A DNA stretch of 64,000 bases. Origin: Perkinsus olseni. Its lineage: Eukaryota. The notes beneath the pieces are model-generated. The model had not been told where the DNA came from. It saw nothing but the letters and a program-made list of their open reading frames with translations, and made no database searches. Positions 23,777-36,987 of this stretch are shown here, piece after piece (position 1 is the first letter of the stretch; each line of letters starts with the position of its first letter). A program made the position numbers and the translations under genes. The stretch covers positions 1 to 64,000 of the forward strand of contig JABANN010000034.1 in NCBI GenBank assembly GCA_013115125.1. The letters run 5' to 3'.

Positions 23777-26700
23777 TCAAGGAGAGTCAGCATGCTCGAC
23801 CTTCAAGGAACCACTCTGGCTGAGTTGTATAGCAAGAGAATTGACGGGAGTTTCGGGCGGCTCCACAAAAGGCGGGGCGGCCGGCGGTTCCGGCCTGATC
23901 GAGGTCTGGCTTTCCAAGGCAATGGCAGGACCCACGGCCGTGAAACGCCTCGCTGTTTGTGATACCGATGCATCCTGAACGTGGGCGACTAAGGAATCGC
24001 GCAGCCGCTGTGGAAAACAGCCCACTGAGTCTGTATTGAGCATGCGCATGAGAGCGTTGACCTTGTTGAGACTGCTGACCAGCTGTGCAACGTTCGCCTT
24101 TCCCCCAGATCCAGACACCTTCTGGAGCTTGCCCTGCTCGTAGGATAGCTCGGCGAGAACCTGTACGAGAATAATTCCTCTCCGTCACATATAGCGGACA
24201 TTGTCAGCGCACCTGCTCCTGCCTGTGCTTTTTCTTTACTTTATCTTTGGACTTCTTCATTCTTGCTTCCCTTTCGGCAATTTTCTTCTGCATTATCAAT
24301 TCTTGGACTTTCTTCTCGTCCTCCAGCTGACTCCATTCAAATTCCGCAATTCCCACAACGCTGCCTCTCACCTCCTCAGCAGCCGCAGCAATAGCTTCCT
24401 GATGCTCCTCTCGGACCGCGATCATCTCCTCGGGAGCGACGCGAACGGAGTCTCGAGGATTGCCCGCCTGGCACCGTGACATCAGAGCGGGCATCAACGC
24501 GGAATAGACCAACTCTTGTACACAAGCGAGATGAGCCGTCGCGAGATGAGCCCGTATTTGTGCTGTGACTCTTGATCTCGGACCAAACCCACTTTCCTCA
24601 AGGCCCTCCTAAGCCTTCCTTCGAGCTCCTCCATCTGCGTCTTGTATCGGTCCTCAAGCGCCTCTCTGTCTTTGCGAGCCTCCTCCTCGAGCTTTTGAGT
24701 AATCTCGTCCTCTCTCTCCCGATGTCTGTTCGCCATTTCCTCCATTTCTTCAGCGTGCGACTTGCCAAGTTGCCTCTGAGCGCCCAGAGCTCCAATAGCC
24801 CGATGCAGATACACCTGAAGCAGCCTCGCGAACGGAAGTCAAATCACGATCGTGATATTCTCATAGTGAATGAGAATCCGTGTAATACTAGAACACTCGA
24901 TCCGCCGTTGGAAGCTGGATGTCCTCAATGAGCCACTAAAGGTTTCGCGTGTGCAAGTTTCAAGTCCAACGCCGAAAACCGGCTCAGTCGAACTAGCACG
25001 GATGAATCTTGTTTCACGAGCTTAGCAGTGCTAAGCCAGTGAAACAAGATGTGCTAGGTTAGCACAGTTAGAAGCGGCCAGACGTCTTGGGTTTTTTTCT
25101 CAGACTGACGGCTTCGTCGGCTCACATTCATTCTGCTCCTCCTAACCTTATCAAGTACGATCTGTTCTCGCTTCGCCTCGATCCTTCTACGTCGTGCAGC
25201 GAACTTCTGTTGCAGAGCAAGCTTCTGAGCCTCTTGGTGGTCGGTTATTTGCCCTTCAATCTCAGCGCGTCGGAGCTCATGTTCTTGCAGGAGTCGTTGT
25301 CGCTCAGCTTCGGACACAGACGCGTCGATGAATCGCAAACCTCTGACAGAAAAGGTAGGGAGTCACGCTATCTTCCAGTCGACCAAGGCGGCACCAGAAC
25401 TCTCTGTTACGAAAGATGCGGTACAAAAATCACCTGCCAGACCCTGTTCCAGTTTCCTCGTGGTCTTTGATTGATGTTCCCTGTGTCTGGACAACTCCGT
25501 CGATTGTCTCGCTCGCCATGAATCGCTCTTCCTCGTCGAGGACCGACAGCTCATTCCGCAGTCTTTGCCTTAGACAGGATGAGAAAACGCCGAGTAGGAA
25601 AGGCGGCATCCCTTCTACTCCTCGGCACGTCGTGCGGCTTCTGACTCTGAGCGTTCGCCCAAGCTCACATCGGCCGCCCGGCGCAGGTGTGCGTAGTTGC
25701 GGCGGATTTGCTGCTCTCTCGCGAGTTCGTCACTTCGTTCTAGAACCGCCTGACAGAAGCACTGCGGAGCGGGCCCTGCTGGTCAGTGTGGTCCTGCCTG
25801 AAGCTGTTCATGTATGCCCCCCTCTCCAGACAGCCCTGCCGCCCTCGGAATTCGAGTCCGACATATTTCCTGTTGCATGAGCATGTCCATCCGTGCAGTC
25901 ATGGAGGCGTGTGATGAAGCTTGCAGTTCCTCGCAGATCTCCTCGTCAACGACAGCGAGCTTCCGAGAGGCGACCTCTTTGCGCTGTCGATGATTTGTTG
26001 ATATCTTCTCCCGTTCACGCTGGTGTGCAACTCTGAATCATGGCCCATTCAATCCTAGCCTACCTGGGACTGGAGAATTAGTACCGTAAATTGTCCAACT
26101 CCTTGCCGTTCAGTCGCGTGACGACCGCAAGCTGTCCAGCATTATGCCGGCCTAGCTCTGCCACGACCCTAGCTTGGACCTCTTCCAACTGCCTTAGGTA
26201 CTTCCCGGACACCTGCTCGGCGTCTGGGCCGCCACCCATCAGAACCCCAGCAACCTGAGATATCCCGCTCGACGAACGAGTGTGTGTATGTGAGTTTCAA
26301 GTCCAACGCCGAAAACCGGTCAGTCCAGCACCGATGTATCTCGGTTCAAGAGGAATGAGTTCAGGAAAGTTTATTGAGCACAGGAAGTAGCGCTCAGGTA
26401 GAGAGTAGGGCAAACCTAAGATGCTTCCTTTCCTTCCGGCAGGATCCGCTTCCACAACGCTTCCGGAAGAGTATGATCATCATGGTGGCAGGCTCATAGT
26501 CGATGGCACTATTGGTCAGAGCAGAGGTCGAACTAATGGGTGTTTCACGCCGCTGTGAGTGACTTTGAGCGCGTTTCCAGCGGTGAGAAGTCAGTCTTTG
26601 ACGGGGTAAAATGGGCCAGAGAGGCTCAATATGATAGAAAATATGACGCCAGAGTTTCATAGCTCCTCGAGATGTGCGGCCAGAGTTACAACCCGAAAGC

Positions 26701-29700
26701 GCCTCCAAGGAGCCCCTCTGCTCAGCCGCCACAAGTACCCCTCTTCCTACCTGAAGATTTGTTGCATGCTCCAATGATGCCACAACACTGGTGTTCTCCA
26801 TCTCCCCTGCGAGAACCGTCTCAAACTCGAGCTCAGCTCTCTCGCTGGCGGTAGCCAAGAGCTCAAACGCTTGTCTGAGCCAAGGTTCGAGATTCTCCGT
26901 CAAGCGCTGGGAGGGCAACGGTGCCATGAGTCACCGACTTCTCGAGAATAGTCGCTTCTGCGCCAGCCAGTTCATGCTCAGCGTCGCGGAGCTCGTCCTC
27001 GGCCTCTGAGCGCTTCTTGAAGATCGCCTACGGAGCCAATGAGGAGCTATAACCATCATATGAGTTGCTATGTATCCGCTTCTCAGGCGTTCAACCGAGC
27101 AGCAACCATGGGAAAGTCTCCTCACTTGGCGCTTCGCTCGTCTGTCCCGGAGCCTCTCCCTGTTTAGCCTCAGCTGCTCTAATTTCTCGACTTCCATCTC
27201 ATTCTCAGCCCGTACCACAGTGCTCTCGTAGTCTCTCACCAGAGCTTCTATATCCTATCATAAACAGCAGGTGAAACATATAGTGAAAAGTTGGATCGCG
27301 CTCACCTCCTCATCCCCGCGAACGACCTTCAGTTTTCTCTCATGCCTCTCTTTCAATACGTAAAGTCTCTCCTCTCTCTCCCTCTGCAAAGCTTCCTCGA
27401 CCTCTCGACTCGATACAGCATTGACAAGCTACGAAAAGAGAATACCAAAGTCTCGGAGCGGAGAAAAAGTGATCTTCGCCGCTACTCAAGACCTCGATAA
27501 GTTTCCCTCAGATACCCTACATCATCCCCAACAATATCGTTGATCTTTATCATTATCGCCACTCTGCCATCCTTCAGCTGTCGCTTTAAATTATTGATCT
27601 GTTCGTTAAGTGCATCAACCTCGGCCTTGTGCTTTGCCAGAAGGTCTCTCAGCTCATCAGCCTAACCATCACTCAATATAAGTGGCACTAATCCGAATGC
27701 GCGTCGAACGAAGACCCCTCGTCCACGAGACGGTATTTTCTCTATGCGCCACATTACATGTTTAGCCTTCCTCGCCACGGCTCTCTCCTCTGCCTTCTGT
27801 TTGAGCCTCTCCTGCAGCTCCCGTCTCTCCGCAGTAGTATTGGTATCAAGCTCAGTCATCGCCTCCATGCCCGAGCGTATCAGTCGCTGCCTGTCACTAT
27901 CGAAGGTGCAGAAGAATGACGCTCAAGATTTACTTCTCTAGCTCGTCACTTGTGGATTCGATCTTGCGCCTAAATTTCTCTACAATCTCTGCCCTTTGTC
28001 TGTCGCGTTTCATCCGTAATTCACCCTCCTGCTCTCGTAGCTGCCGCAAAGCCTCACCCTCGGCACCCCGTACCTACCCTCAGTTGATTTCTATCATATT
28101 CCGGGAGGGCCGAGATGCAAGGGCAAAAGAAGCAAGTTATACAGCCTTGAGGGGATTGGTTTGAGAGCCGCCTAGACCACCGACTGAGTGGCACTCAGCC
28201 TTACTTCTTTCTCGTGGCTTCCAAGCAGATCGCTAACTTCGCTAGCCTGCTTTGCCAGGAGCTCATGTCTCGCTTGCTGGATCGACTTCATCTCCTCTCC
28301 CACTCTCCGTGCATCCTCCAACCTGCACAGACTCGGTCGGCATTGACTAGGTGCCTAGAGCATGTCCGGAGAGACGCAGTAGATCCAGTAGCGCATCTCA
28401 TTATTTCACCTAACCCGGCCGGAAACTCACTTCTTTATCTGCTGCTGGCGTATATCGTGCAGCCTAGCGAGCTCCTCTTCGTTGATGACACCCGAATAAG
28501 TGGATAGCTTCCTCTCTAGCTCCTTGAGGTGCTTCAGAAGGATCTGCTCTGCCTCGACGTCAGTACCATCCAGATCGGCCAAGCGGCTGAAAATGGCTTC
28601 ACAGGTGCATCGCCAGCAAGTTCCGGCAAGTTTAAGGGCCTTACGATGCACTGGACTAGAAACGCAATTGGCGAGTTCGCCTTATTACCAGAAAAGTCGC
28701 TCGCCTCTCCTACTTACATGTGCAGCTCATAGATATCATTCAGGATCCCTTCGGCCCCCTTGACGAGCTCTAGCTGCTCCTCGTTGCGGTCACCAGTCAT
28801 CGATGCCGTACTCCTATCCACAACTGAGGCAGGATGAACTGTTCACTCTGGTCGAAATCAGGAATGGCACCCTCGAGGTCCTGTGTTCTGCCGAAGTCCA
28901 GCACGCCCATGTTGTGAAGGACTTCGTCAAGATCCTCGTAAATTCTAGACGCATTCTTCCTAAGCCTATTCTGGACCTCTGTCTCTCCACCGTTGGCAAT
29001 GGCAAGAGCCAGTTCATCCTGTAGCGCCGTTGTCCTCTCCTTCACTACATCCAGGGCCTCATCGCACTGGCTCTGTATGCCTTGGACCGTGTTCATCAGT
29101 TGGTTCATGATGCTTTGCTGCATTTCCGTGGCTTTGGCCAAGACCTCGACACCAGTATCATCACCAGTATCAGAATCGGAGTCCGAGCCTGTTATGGGCG
29201 AATCGCTTCGGAAAGCATGATAAGGTTGCGCTACCGATCTCTGATCCTCCGTTGGCGCTAGTTTTATCGTCGATGAGCGACGATAAAACTAGCCGTTGGC
29301 GTCGAGTCCGTGAAGGATACGATTCTTCGCATTGAGAATTCGCTGAGCGAGCAAAGGCATGCTTTACACAGGGTCAACAGCAGTGGTGGGCTGGCGAAAG
29401 GAGAAGCCCCGGACCTCTTCTACTTCGCGTGTCTTGAAGTAGCGCACCGCCATTCGTTTTTGGCGCATGATGAAGAGAGTTGCTATGAGCAGTAATACCA
29501 CTAGGGGTATGCTCACTGCCAACCACGTGGCACAATTTGGCGAGCAGAAGTAGTCACCGTCGTTGAGGCCTGTTGATGTTGTATTGGCCTGCGGCAGAGT
29601 CTTCACAGTGAACTCATTGTCGACGATGTCATCCTTAGTAGACATATTCGGCGGGCTTTGGTCGTCGCCAGCGTAGCAGAGCACGGTATGGGCCGTATCG

Positions 29701-32700
29701 GGCACTAGCCCACTGATGCGGAGGCTGCCGGACAACTCATTGCCCCCTGTGACATCGGCACCCTTCCCTGGGGTGTCGAGAATCTGCCTCCACTTCACTT
29801 CGTCAGCTGTCCTCTCAAAGACCTCGTATGCCTCCTGGTCGAGGGCAGCACATAGTACAAAGCCCGGCTCAGAAAGCGCGTAGTTTACCCCAACAGAAGT
29901 AGTGCTTATCTCACCGCGTACAAAAGTAATTCTGGGCGGAGTTATGTCCGACCGGAAAGTGGCGATGAACGTCTCTGACTCGGTTCCGGTTGAGTTGTGT
30001 ATGGCCTTCATCATGATGGTAGCGTGCTCAGGCGCGAATACTTCAAGAACTGCCTGCCCGCCAGAAAGAAGTGTCTGCTCTGTCCTCTCGACCTTGCTGC
30101 CAGACTTCGTCAAAGCCGTGCGTATGAGCACAGTGATGAATTGAGGGTCCGGCAGGCTTGAGACGGCGTTGCCGAAGGAGTCTCGGGCAGTGATAAGACA
30201 ATCAATGGCTCTCCCGGCCAGTTCGACAGTCGGCCCGTCAATGCGCCATGAAGACACGGGCCCAGGCAGAAAAGTAAGGGTGAGCATCGAACGCAGAGCA
30301 ACTGGTTGATCGGCCGTCGCATTTCGAAGGCCCAGAGAAACGACGCCAGCTTTAGTGGCGATAAACTCAGCCTCGGCATCTCCTTGCGCAGATAGCTCGG
30401 CTGTGAAAACGGACGGTAGGATGTGGCCAGATACCTGGATAGATGCGCTGGGCCATTCAGCGTACAGCCTGATCGCCTTACAACGTATACTTGGACGCGG
30501 TTCTTGCCACTTGAGAATGGCGCCGGCGGTGTGTTCCCAAACTTGTCATACGCTCTCACTGTGACCACAACAGCAGCTGTAGAACTGACGGTAAGGCGGT
30601 CGTTTCCGGTGCTCAGCTGATACTTGGAGGCCTCGCCTGCTGTGAAGTCGATCTAACATCATGACAAGGCGTGTAAGGAGCTGACCGGAGCAGCTCACCT
30701 TCACTGAGGCTGAGTCATCGATGAGCAGCTGCGGATCGGAGCTGTCCACGAGGCGTAGCTCTACGTCAGTCTGTGGCACCTCGGTACTGACGGACACTAC
30801 GCCTACTCCGCCGTTCACCTGCGGAGACAAGGGCGATTTAGGAGCTCAAGACTGCCTGTGACAACCACATCGGAGTGTATAGCTGTACACACCTTTACGA
30901 TGTTGGACGGGGTAAGTACGATATCGTCTCCTCGGCGAACCTCGATCTCCACATGTCCCGAGAAGTCCGTAACGACGTTGCCGTAGGGGTCTCTCGCAGT
31001 GACCGTGGCTGTGATACTGTCGTCCACCGTGCTGGTTCTCTCATCCACCGTTAGGGCTGCGGTGCAACCTGGTTAAGCAGGGTAAGGTATGGCCGAAGCA
31101 TCACGGAGTTAGCGGAGAAGAGCAGGACTCGTTCCCACCTATGGCGTTGTTATCAGCTGCGTATTGTGCGGCAGTGACCGGAAGGAACAACACGTCCTTG
31201 GGGCTCTCCAGAACAAGCGTGTCAGGATTCACACTCTCAAGGGATACCACAATTAGACCGGCTTTCAACGATGAGAAGGCGAAGGCGGCCGACGGCGATG
31301 CCATAGTGATGCATCGGTCTCTTGGAAGTATAGCGGCAGCGGGGAGAGCCAGGCAGACGGTGTAACTCTGGTCCAGAGCGGTAAGGAGGTTCCCGTGACT
31401 ATCTGCAATCTCGACGGTGATCGTCGCATCGGTGCCAACAGTTGCCGCTCGACCCCCAGACAAGCGAATAAGCCTCGCGGATCCAACGGTCCATACAAGA
31501 GTCGCATCTGCATAGGAATGAGAGCTACACTGCCCTTTCAGTAGTCCACCACGCTGAGGCTGCTCGTACCTTGAACAGACAGTCCCAGGGAACTCCCTGA
31601 TGAGAGTAAGGAGACAGACACGGCCTCGCTGGGAGGAGACAAGAGCCGGTCAGCAGTGAGGATGGTCGTAGCCCGGCCACCGGCGAACACAGCCAGTTGA
31701 TCACTCGGTGAACCCGTACCTTCAAAATTGGATGAAGCTGCTGGGAGCTGCCAAGCTCATTACCGAGGACCTTCCATGCGACAGTTCCATCTGCATCGTA
31801 ATCGACAACAAGATTCCCATACCGGTCACTGCAAGATACCGATGCTAACACCGCCTCGTCAATCGACGCTTCAGTGGCGTTCAGTGATACCGTCAATTGA
31901 GCCGCTCGACCGGGAACAAATGTAACAGTTACGAGGGGGTCGATTTCGACCTGTCAGAGGTACGGCTGGGACGTTCGGCCGGCGTCTCGAAGCAAGGACT
32001 TAAGCCCTTACGCCTCTGCCATTGTCGTCTTCGACGCCAGCTTGCACCATCTCTGCCACTGTGTGCTCCAACCGAGCCTCGCCCTCTCCGTTGACGAGAG
32101 TGAATCCCCTCGATGCGCCGCCCACGATGCGAGCGACGAAGGACCAGCCGCCGGTCACTGATGATATGTACCAAGTTGCCGAATGAGTCTTCCAGTCGGA
32201 CTGAAAGCTCCAGGGTATTCTCCACGGAGATCGGGCCAGCACCGCCTGCGCGATGGACGCGGAGGCGAGTTGGCGGCCCAACCAAGAAGGTCGCTGTCGT
32301 TGTTGTATCTGCCGAGGCCCCTGCGTTACTTTCACTGCGTCACGGAAATAGTAAAACTACACGTTTCGAACGACATCTTACGCGAAGAGCCGCCGGGGGA
32401 ATCCGAGAGGCCGAATGTCACCGTCTGGGCGACCTTCGATGTAGCAGTCGCCGTGGCAACTCCATTGGTCAACGTCAGCATGCCTCCTGCAGGGTCAAGC
32501 TGGACCGCCGTTCCTGCACAGTGCAGTTATCGATAACAAAGAGTAAGAGCAAGCTCGGTATCCTCAGTTTCCGTACCAGTGGCTACTGCCAGCCAGACGC
32601 TAGAAGTTGACAAGCTCGTAGCTGGGTTGCCGTACTGGTCGCGAGCGACGATGCTCAGAGCCATGGCGGACCCTACGACCGTATTCCGCGTAGCATTGAA

Positions 32701-35465
32701 AACCTGAGGAGACATACAACAACAATCTCCTCGGCAGGGGAATAACGAGTAGGGACCCTCTTACGACTTCGACCACTCGGCCTGGTAGGAATTCAATCTG
32801 ATGCGACCCACCAACGGCCACCAGCCCCCCGGAGGGCATCGTGGTGATGCCCACTGTAACCACTTCAGGGACATTGTGAGATACTTGCACATACGAATAG
32901 CCAGCAGAAAAGAAGATGCTATTGTCGGGAACGGCAGAGGCTGCTGACGGAGGCGCCAGGGATAACCGGCCGGTGAAACTCCCGATCTGAAAGAATGTGT
33001 TGGCGAATGTGATATATCTAGAGACAAACGGATGCGATTTCCAGACGATGAGAACAGCGCGCTGGCTGGAACAGTTACCTGGTTGATTGCTACATTGCCG
33101 TAGTTGTCCAGCAGCTCGAAGGTGACGTTTGCTAGGTTATCCACCGACGCTGCCTCGTCGGAAAGCTCGAAGCTTATCCTATAGGATACCTAACCTCTGA
33201 TAAGATCACAGGGGCGGCACGGCATAGCGAGAAGCTATTATTGCAGCCTCGTTGTTTGTCGGACCCACCGGTAATGCGGGACTCCACGTGAGTTTAGCTG
33301 TCTCTCTGGCGACGCTGACCGCTAAGAGGTTAGCGGAAGAGAGGTATGCCTGAGAGAACAGATGAATGATTCCGCTGACAGTCAAAGGTGTGAGGATTAG
33401 ACTTCACTCTGTGAAGCCATGATAATCTCAGCGTATACCACTACGATCCAAGGAGTGGCAAGTAGTGATTGCTTACTGTGCAGGTCTCGGCGAAGAGGTT
33501 GGAGAATTGTGCCGTAGCACGACCAGCCGTGAAACTGGGCTGTGGCTCGGGTGGGAGTCTATCCCGGCTGAGCTGGCACGCTGATGATTCCTGAAAGGTC
33601 AGGGACTCGACCGGGCTCGACTGACGACCAGTGGGCTTTCAGAGACACGAGGAAGTTAATAGTTGTGCACGAACCAATAGAAAGATGGACGAGGAGTGTA
33701 AGACTTACACTGTAAGTCGGAGAACGCCCTACCTGAAGCTTTAATGTGGCGAAGCCCGAGAATGAGGTCGCCAAGTTGCCATGGGCGTCGACCGACCGTA
33801 GCTGGATGGAGACTGGAGAGCCTGAAGTCCGACCGCCGGTTGAACAGATCGTTCCACAGTTGACTGACAGAGGCATCACCAGCGACGGCTGTGAATTCAC
33901 TTCCCTCCATCAGGATCATCTTTGCGGCACCGGCTACAACGCTGACGTCGAGATAGTCGATTCCGCCAAGCTTCAAGTCGAGCCTTCCGGTGCACTCTAT
34001 ACGTAACCTTAAGGTTTGTACGGCCGTGCTCGAGATAGCCGTGGTGCCGATTCCTCTGGTTATGAGGACAGCCCGCGAGCACTCCGTTGGCGAGCAGGAC
34101 ACGGCAGCCTCCGAAACGCTCGCTACGTCAATGATGACCTGTAGTTAAGCCTTGAGCGACGATCACAGAGCATAATAGCAAACGGTAGTATTCGAGAGCC
34201 CCTTGCTGCATTATTATAGTATACAGCTTGTATTGCTTGAGCAGTTCCTAGGGCCGAGCTGCTGCGAGAATGTGGAAGCGTGAAAATGATAAGTGTTCGA
34301 TCGACCATCCGACTCTGTCCGTAGCGCTACCTCGCATGTTCGATAATCGCTATCCGAGGGGTTGCCGTGTATATCATAGGTAGTTACAGTGAACTCGAGC
34401 TGAAAAGGGGATGTCATGAAAGGCCATATCAGAGCCAACAGTCACAAACCGTTACCTCTTCGTCAGTAGAGATGACAATGTTCCCTTGGACCGTGGGTTG
34501 AGATATTTCGAAGGTTTGTGCAGGGCCGGCGAGCCAGCGAATCTCCGCCGTAGCTCCGGTGAGGAGAGTCGCGTCGATGGTAGCAACGTAAGGGTGTACA
34601 CTGAGCTTCATCAGGCCGACCTGCCAGCAGCCACAGAGTGCGAGGAAAGTCGAGTCATCGCGCTGAGTAAAGTGAGCGGTTGCACGTAACGCAGGGCTCA
34701 GCCATCGCTGTCTCCACCAGAGGAAATTGCGGTAGTCGAATTGAAGGTTGCTCGTGAACCGGTACTATCAATAAGATAGGGAAAGTTCACCTGTGTAGAG
34801 TGGACCTGTGAAAAGCGTCCGACTCCGTTCTGCACGTTCACGACCTCGTCACGGAGGGACCCTTCCGGAGACTCAATGCGTAGAATAAGGTCTCTGACAG
34901 TGAGGGAGCAGTTGCAATCGCGAAGTGAAACCACAGACCATGAGTCTAAGCCTTTACAACCTGACTTGATTGTTTGTGGCTCTAAACTGAACTTACCGGC
35001 TCTCGGTCAACGACCGTAAGCCAGCATCATCGAAGCCTTCTACTACGGCGACGACGACCTCTTCGATGGAGACCTCGCTGGCGCTTGTTCGGAGTGTAAA
35101 ATAGGCCGTTGCCGCTTCACATATCGGGGCCGTCTGAGCAATCGGATTGCGAGGCCGCGACGTTGTCAAGGTCGAACGATCACCACAGTGGACCCGAACT
35201 GTCAACTGTCTCGATGCGAAGGGCATCGTATCACGAAACATTGGTCCCAGGTCACCAGTCCGTGATATATACAGGACATGTTCGTTTCCTTGTAGCCAGC
35301 GGGGCATCGAGGGACTGAGCATATCTCCGATTGAGGATAACACGATGTGACGAGATGAAAATCCCATGTCACCGCCGGGTACTCAGTCGTGACGTTAGCA
35401 CAATCAGGCACCACTGCACTGACCGCAGTCGTGAGTAGGAGTGAAGAAAATGTCAGAAAGTGCAT
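23777..35465 (-). CDS. Giant type-I membrane protein: signal peptide, >=10 Ig/invasin-like D-x-[YFH]-G-N repeats, FN3-like domain, TM helix, long cytoplasmic coiled coil
   Basis: Signal MHFLTFSSLLLTTAVSA. Repeats YDIHGN, VDAHGN, LDNYGN, RDQYGN, EDSFGN, SDRYGN, ADSHGN, RDPYGN, YDKFGN, RDSFGN. Then LRISGLVPDTAHTVLCY, TM WLAVSIPLVVLLLIATLFIM-RQKR, and E/K/R/Q-rich exons from ~29100 to 24200. That this is one gene, and the stop position, are inferred. Confidence 0.72.
24949..25060. repeat. Intronic dispersed repeat, copy B, with long hairpin
   Basis: Shares an identical 27-mer agtttcaagtccaacgccgaaaaccgg with 26293. Nested inverted repeats ctagcac/gtgctag, atcttgtttcac/gtgaaacaagat and gcttagca/tgctaagc. 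Confidence 0.8.
26283..26348. repeat. Intronic dispersed repeat, copy C
   Basis: 27-nt identity to copy B, plus cagcaccgatgtatc matching copies A and B. Confidence 0.8.
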
Positions 35466-36184
35466 CAAATCCCTGCTCAGTATCCGTCAGAAACACTGGA
35501 AAGCGGCTAGAACCAGCGGATCCGCGATCCGGGATCGCCTGGCTGAGAAATGAGACAGGCATTTTCACAGTTCATTTACGGGGAGAGGCTGCGGGTTCAG
35601 GCGGGGCCATGCTGAGGCTCTTGTCGCGTTCTCGGGGCCCAGGAAAGTCCAGTACGCGAGGCCACACATTGCGTATCGCATCTATTAACAGTATAATGAA
35701 TACAAGTTGTCCCAGACTGCTTGGGCCAGGTAGCTCCAACTTCCAACCCAAAGATCCTTCAGCCACGAGACATACTGTATTATGCAGTGAGGCTGAGCAC
35801 GATCGTGATAGCTCAACAGAACACGCAGAAGTCAACGACCACAAACACTATGGCTATAGTGGGATACATCTTCTCCCGTCAATCCTGTCTCGGGACCACG
35901 ATGGGTGCACGTCTAGCTTTCCTTTGCCCGAACTCGTCAATCATGTTCCCCGTTCGCCACTCAATGTAAAGAACAAGTCTCGTTCGAGCGAAGGGAGAAT
36001 AAGGTCAGAGGCTCGGTCCTGAGCATTCGAGACTATCGAAATTTTGGAGAAGCCTCGTTCGGCGCTTGCAACTGTTTTTGAGGAGCTGCCGAAAATTCGG
36101 CGAACTCAAGTCGGCCCTGCCGAACTGCTGCTGAGCTCCAAACCCTCCGTGCTGTTGAGGAGACTCAGAGCGTTCAGGCGTGGG

Positions 36185-36481
36185 TCAGAGGCGTGCTTGA
36201 GCTGGCACTTCCTTGCGACGGTCCGTCGCCGACGGATATCTCAGCAGACAAGGACTTTCGTCAATGTCATCAGCAAATACATCAGCCAGGCAGCATCGGG
36301 AAGAGACCTCGGGTCGCGATTCGAACAGCTGCGGTGGAAGTGCTTCTGCCAATCGACACCAGCGCCTCGCCTTCGTAGCTAGGAAAAAAGACGGATATTT
36401 CACGGCTCGAATAGCTGGGGAATAGGACAGATACTTCGCAATGTCCCGTTCACGGGTGGGTATGAACAGGTCACCGCTCAA
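36185..36481 (-). mobile_element. Possible degenerate non-LTR retrotransposon reverse transcriptase fragment
   Basis: IAKYLS...RWCRLAEALPPQLF...VFADDI resembles the RT motif order I-x-x-YLS / RGxRQGxxLSPxLF / FADD. It lies in the ~1 kb present in only one unit of a tandem duplication. Confidence 0.4.
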
Positions 36482-36987
36482 AGGAGCTTGTGTACGCGCG
36501 TCATGTCGGGCGTCACCCGCACGTCACGCCCCTGCGTCAGAGGCATGATAGGATACCTAAGATTTTTTCACAAGACGCCTCGTTTATCGACTATTAAAAT
36601 ACCACTGAGTATTTGTCAGATCTGCTGGATACATGAACGAGTCGGAAGAACCGACTGATCGCGTGATTGGGGAGTACATGGGATAGAAATTTCACCGTAT
36701 TCCGTGGTGAGGCAGATCAAAAGATTCCTCGTAGCCAAATCCCAAGATATCGGATGTTTCATTCCCGGATCACTCATCTCATCATATTCCGTCATTTCCT
36801 AGGCCTCGGAACGTTGGTCCGGCGCGTAGGCGACTGGCCAGTGCGCCGGCGATTCTAGTTTCCTTGGAGGAGACACCGATGGAAACGTGACGCTAGCGGA
36901 CATAGCTGTGCATTTCGCTTCGGAAGGCTGTCTCATTCATTTATCCAACCAACTCACCCTCATCTGAGTTACCAGTTTATCGACCAG

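Noticed and set aside
35202-35275. Apparent frameshift/stop near the start of the giant minus-strand gene
   Set aside because: A 50-nt GT-AG intron (gtgacc...gacag) restores the frame: CIYHGL|LTVRVHC.
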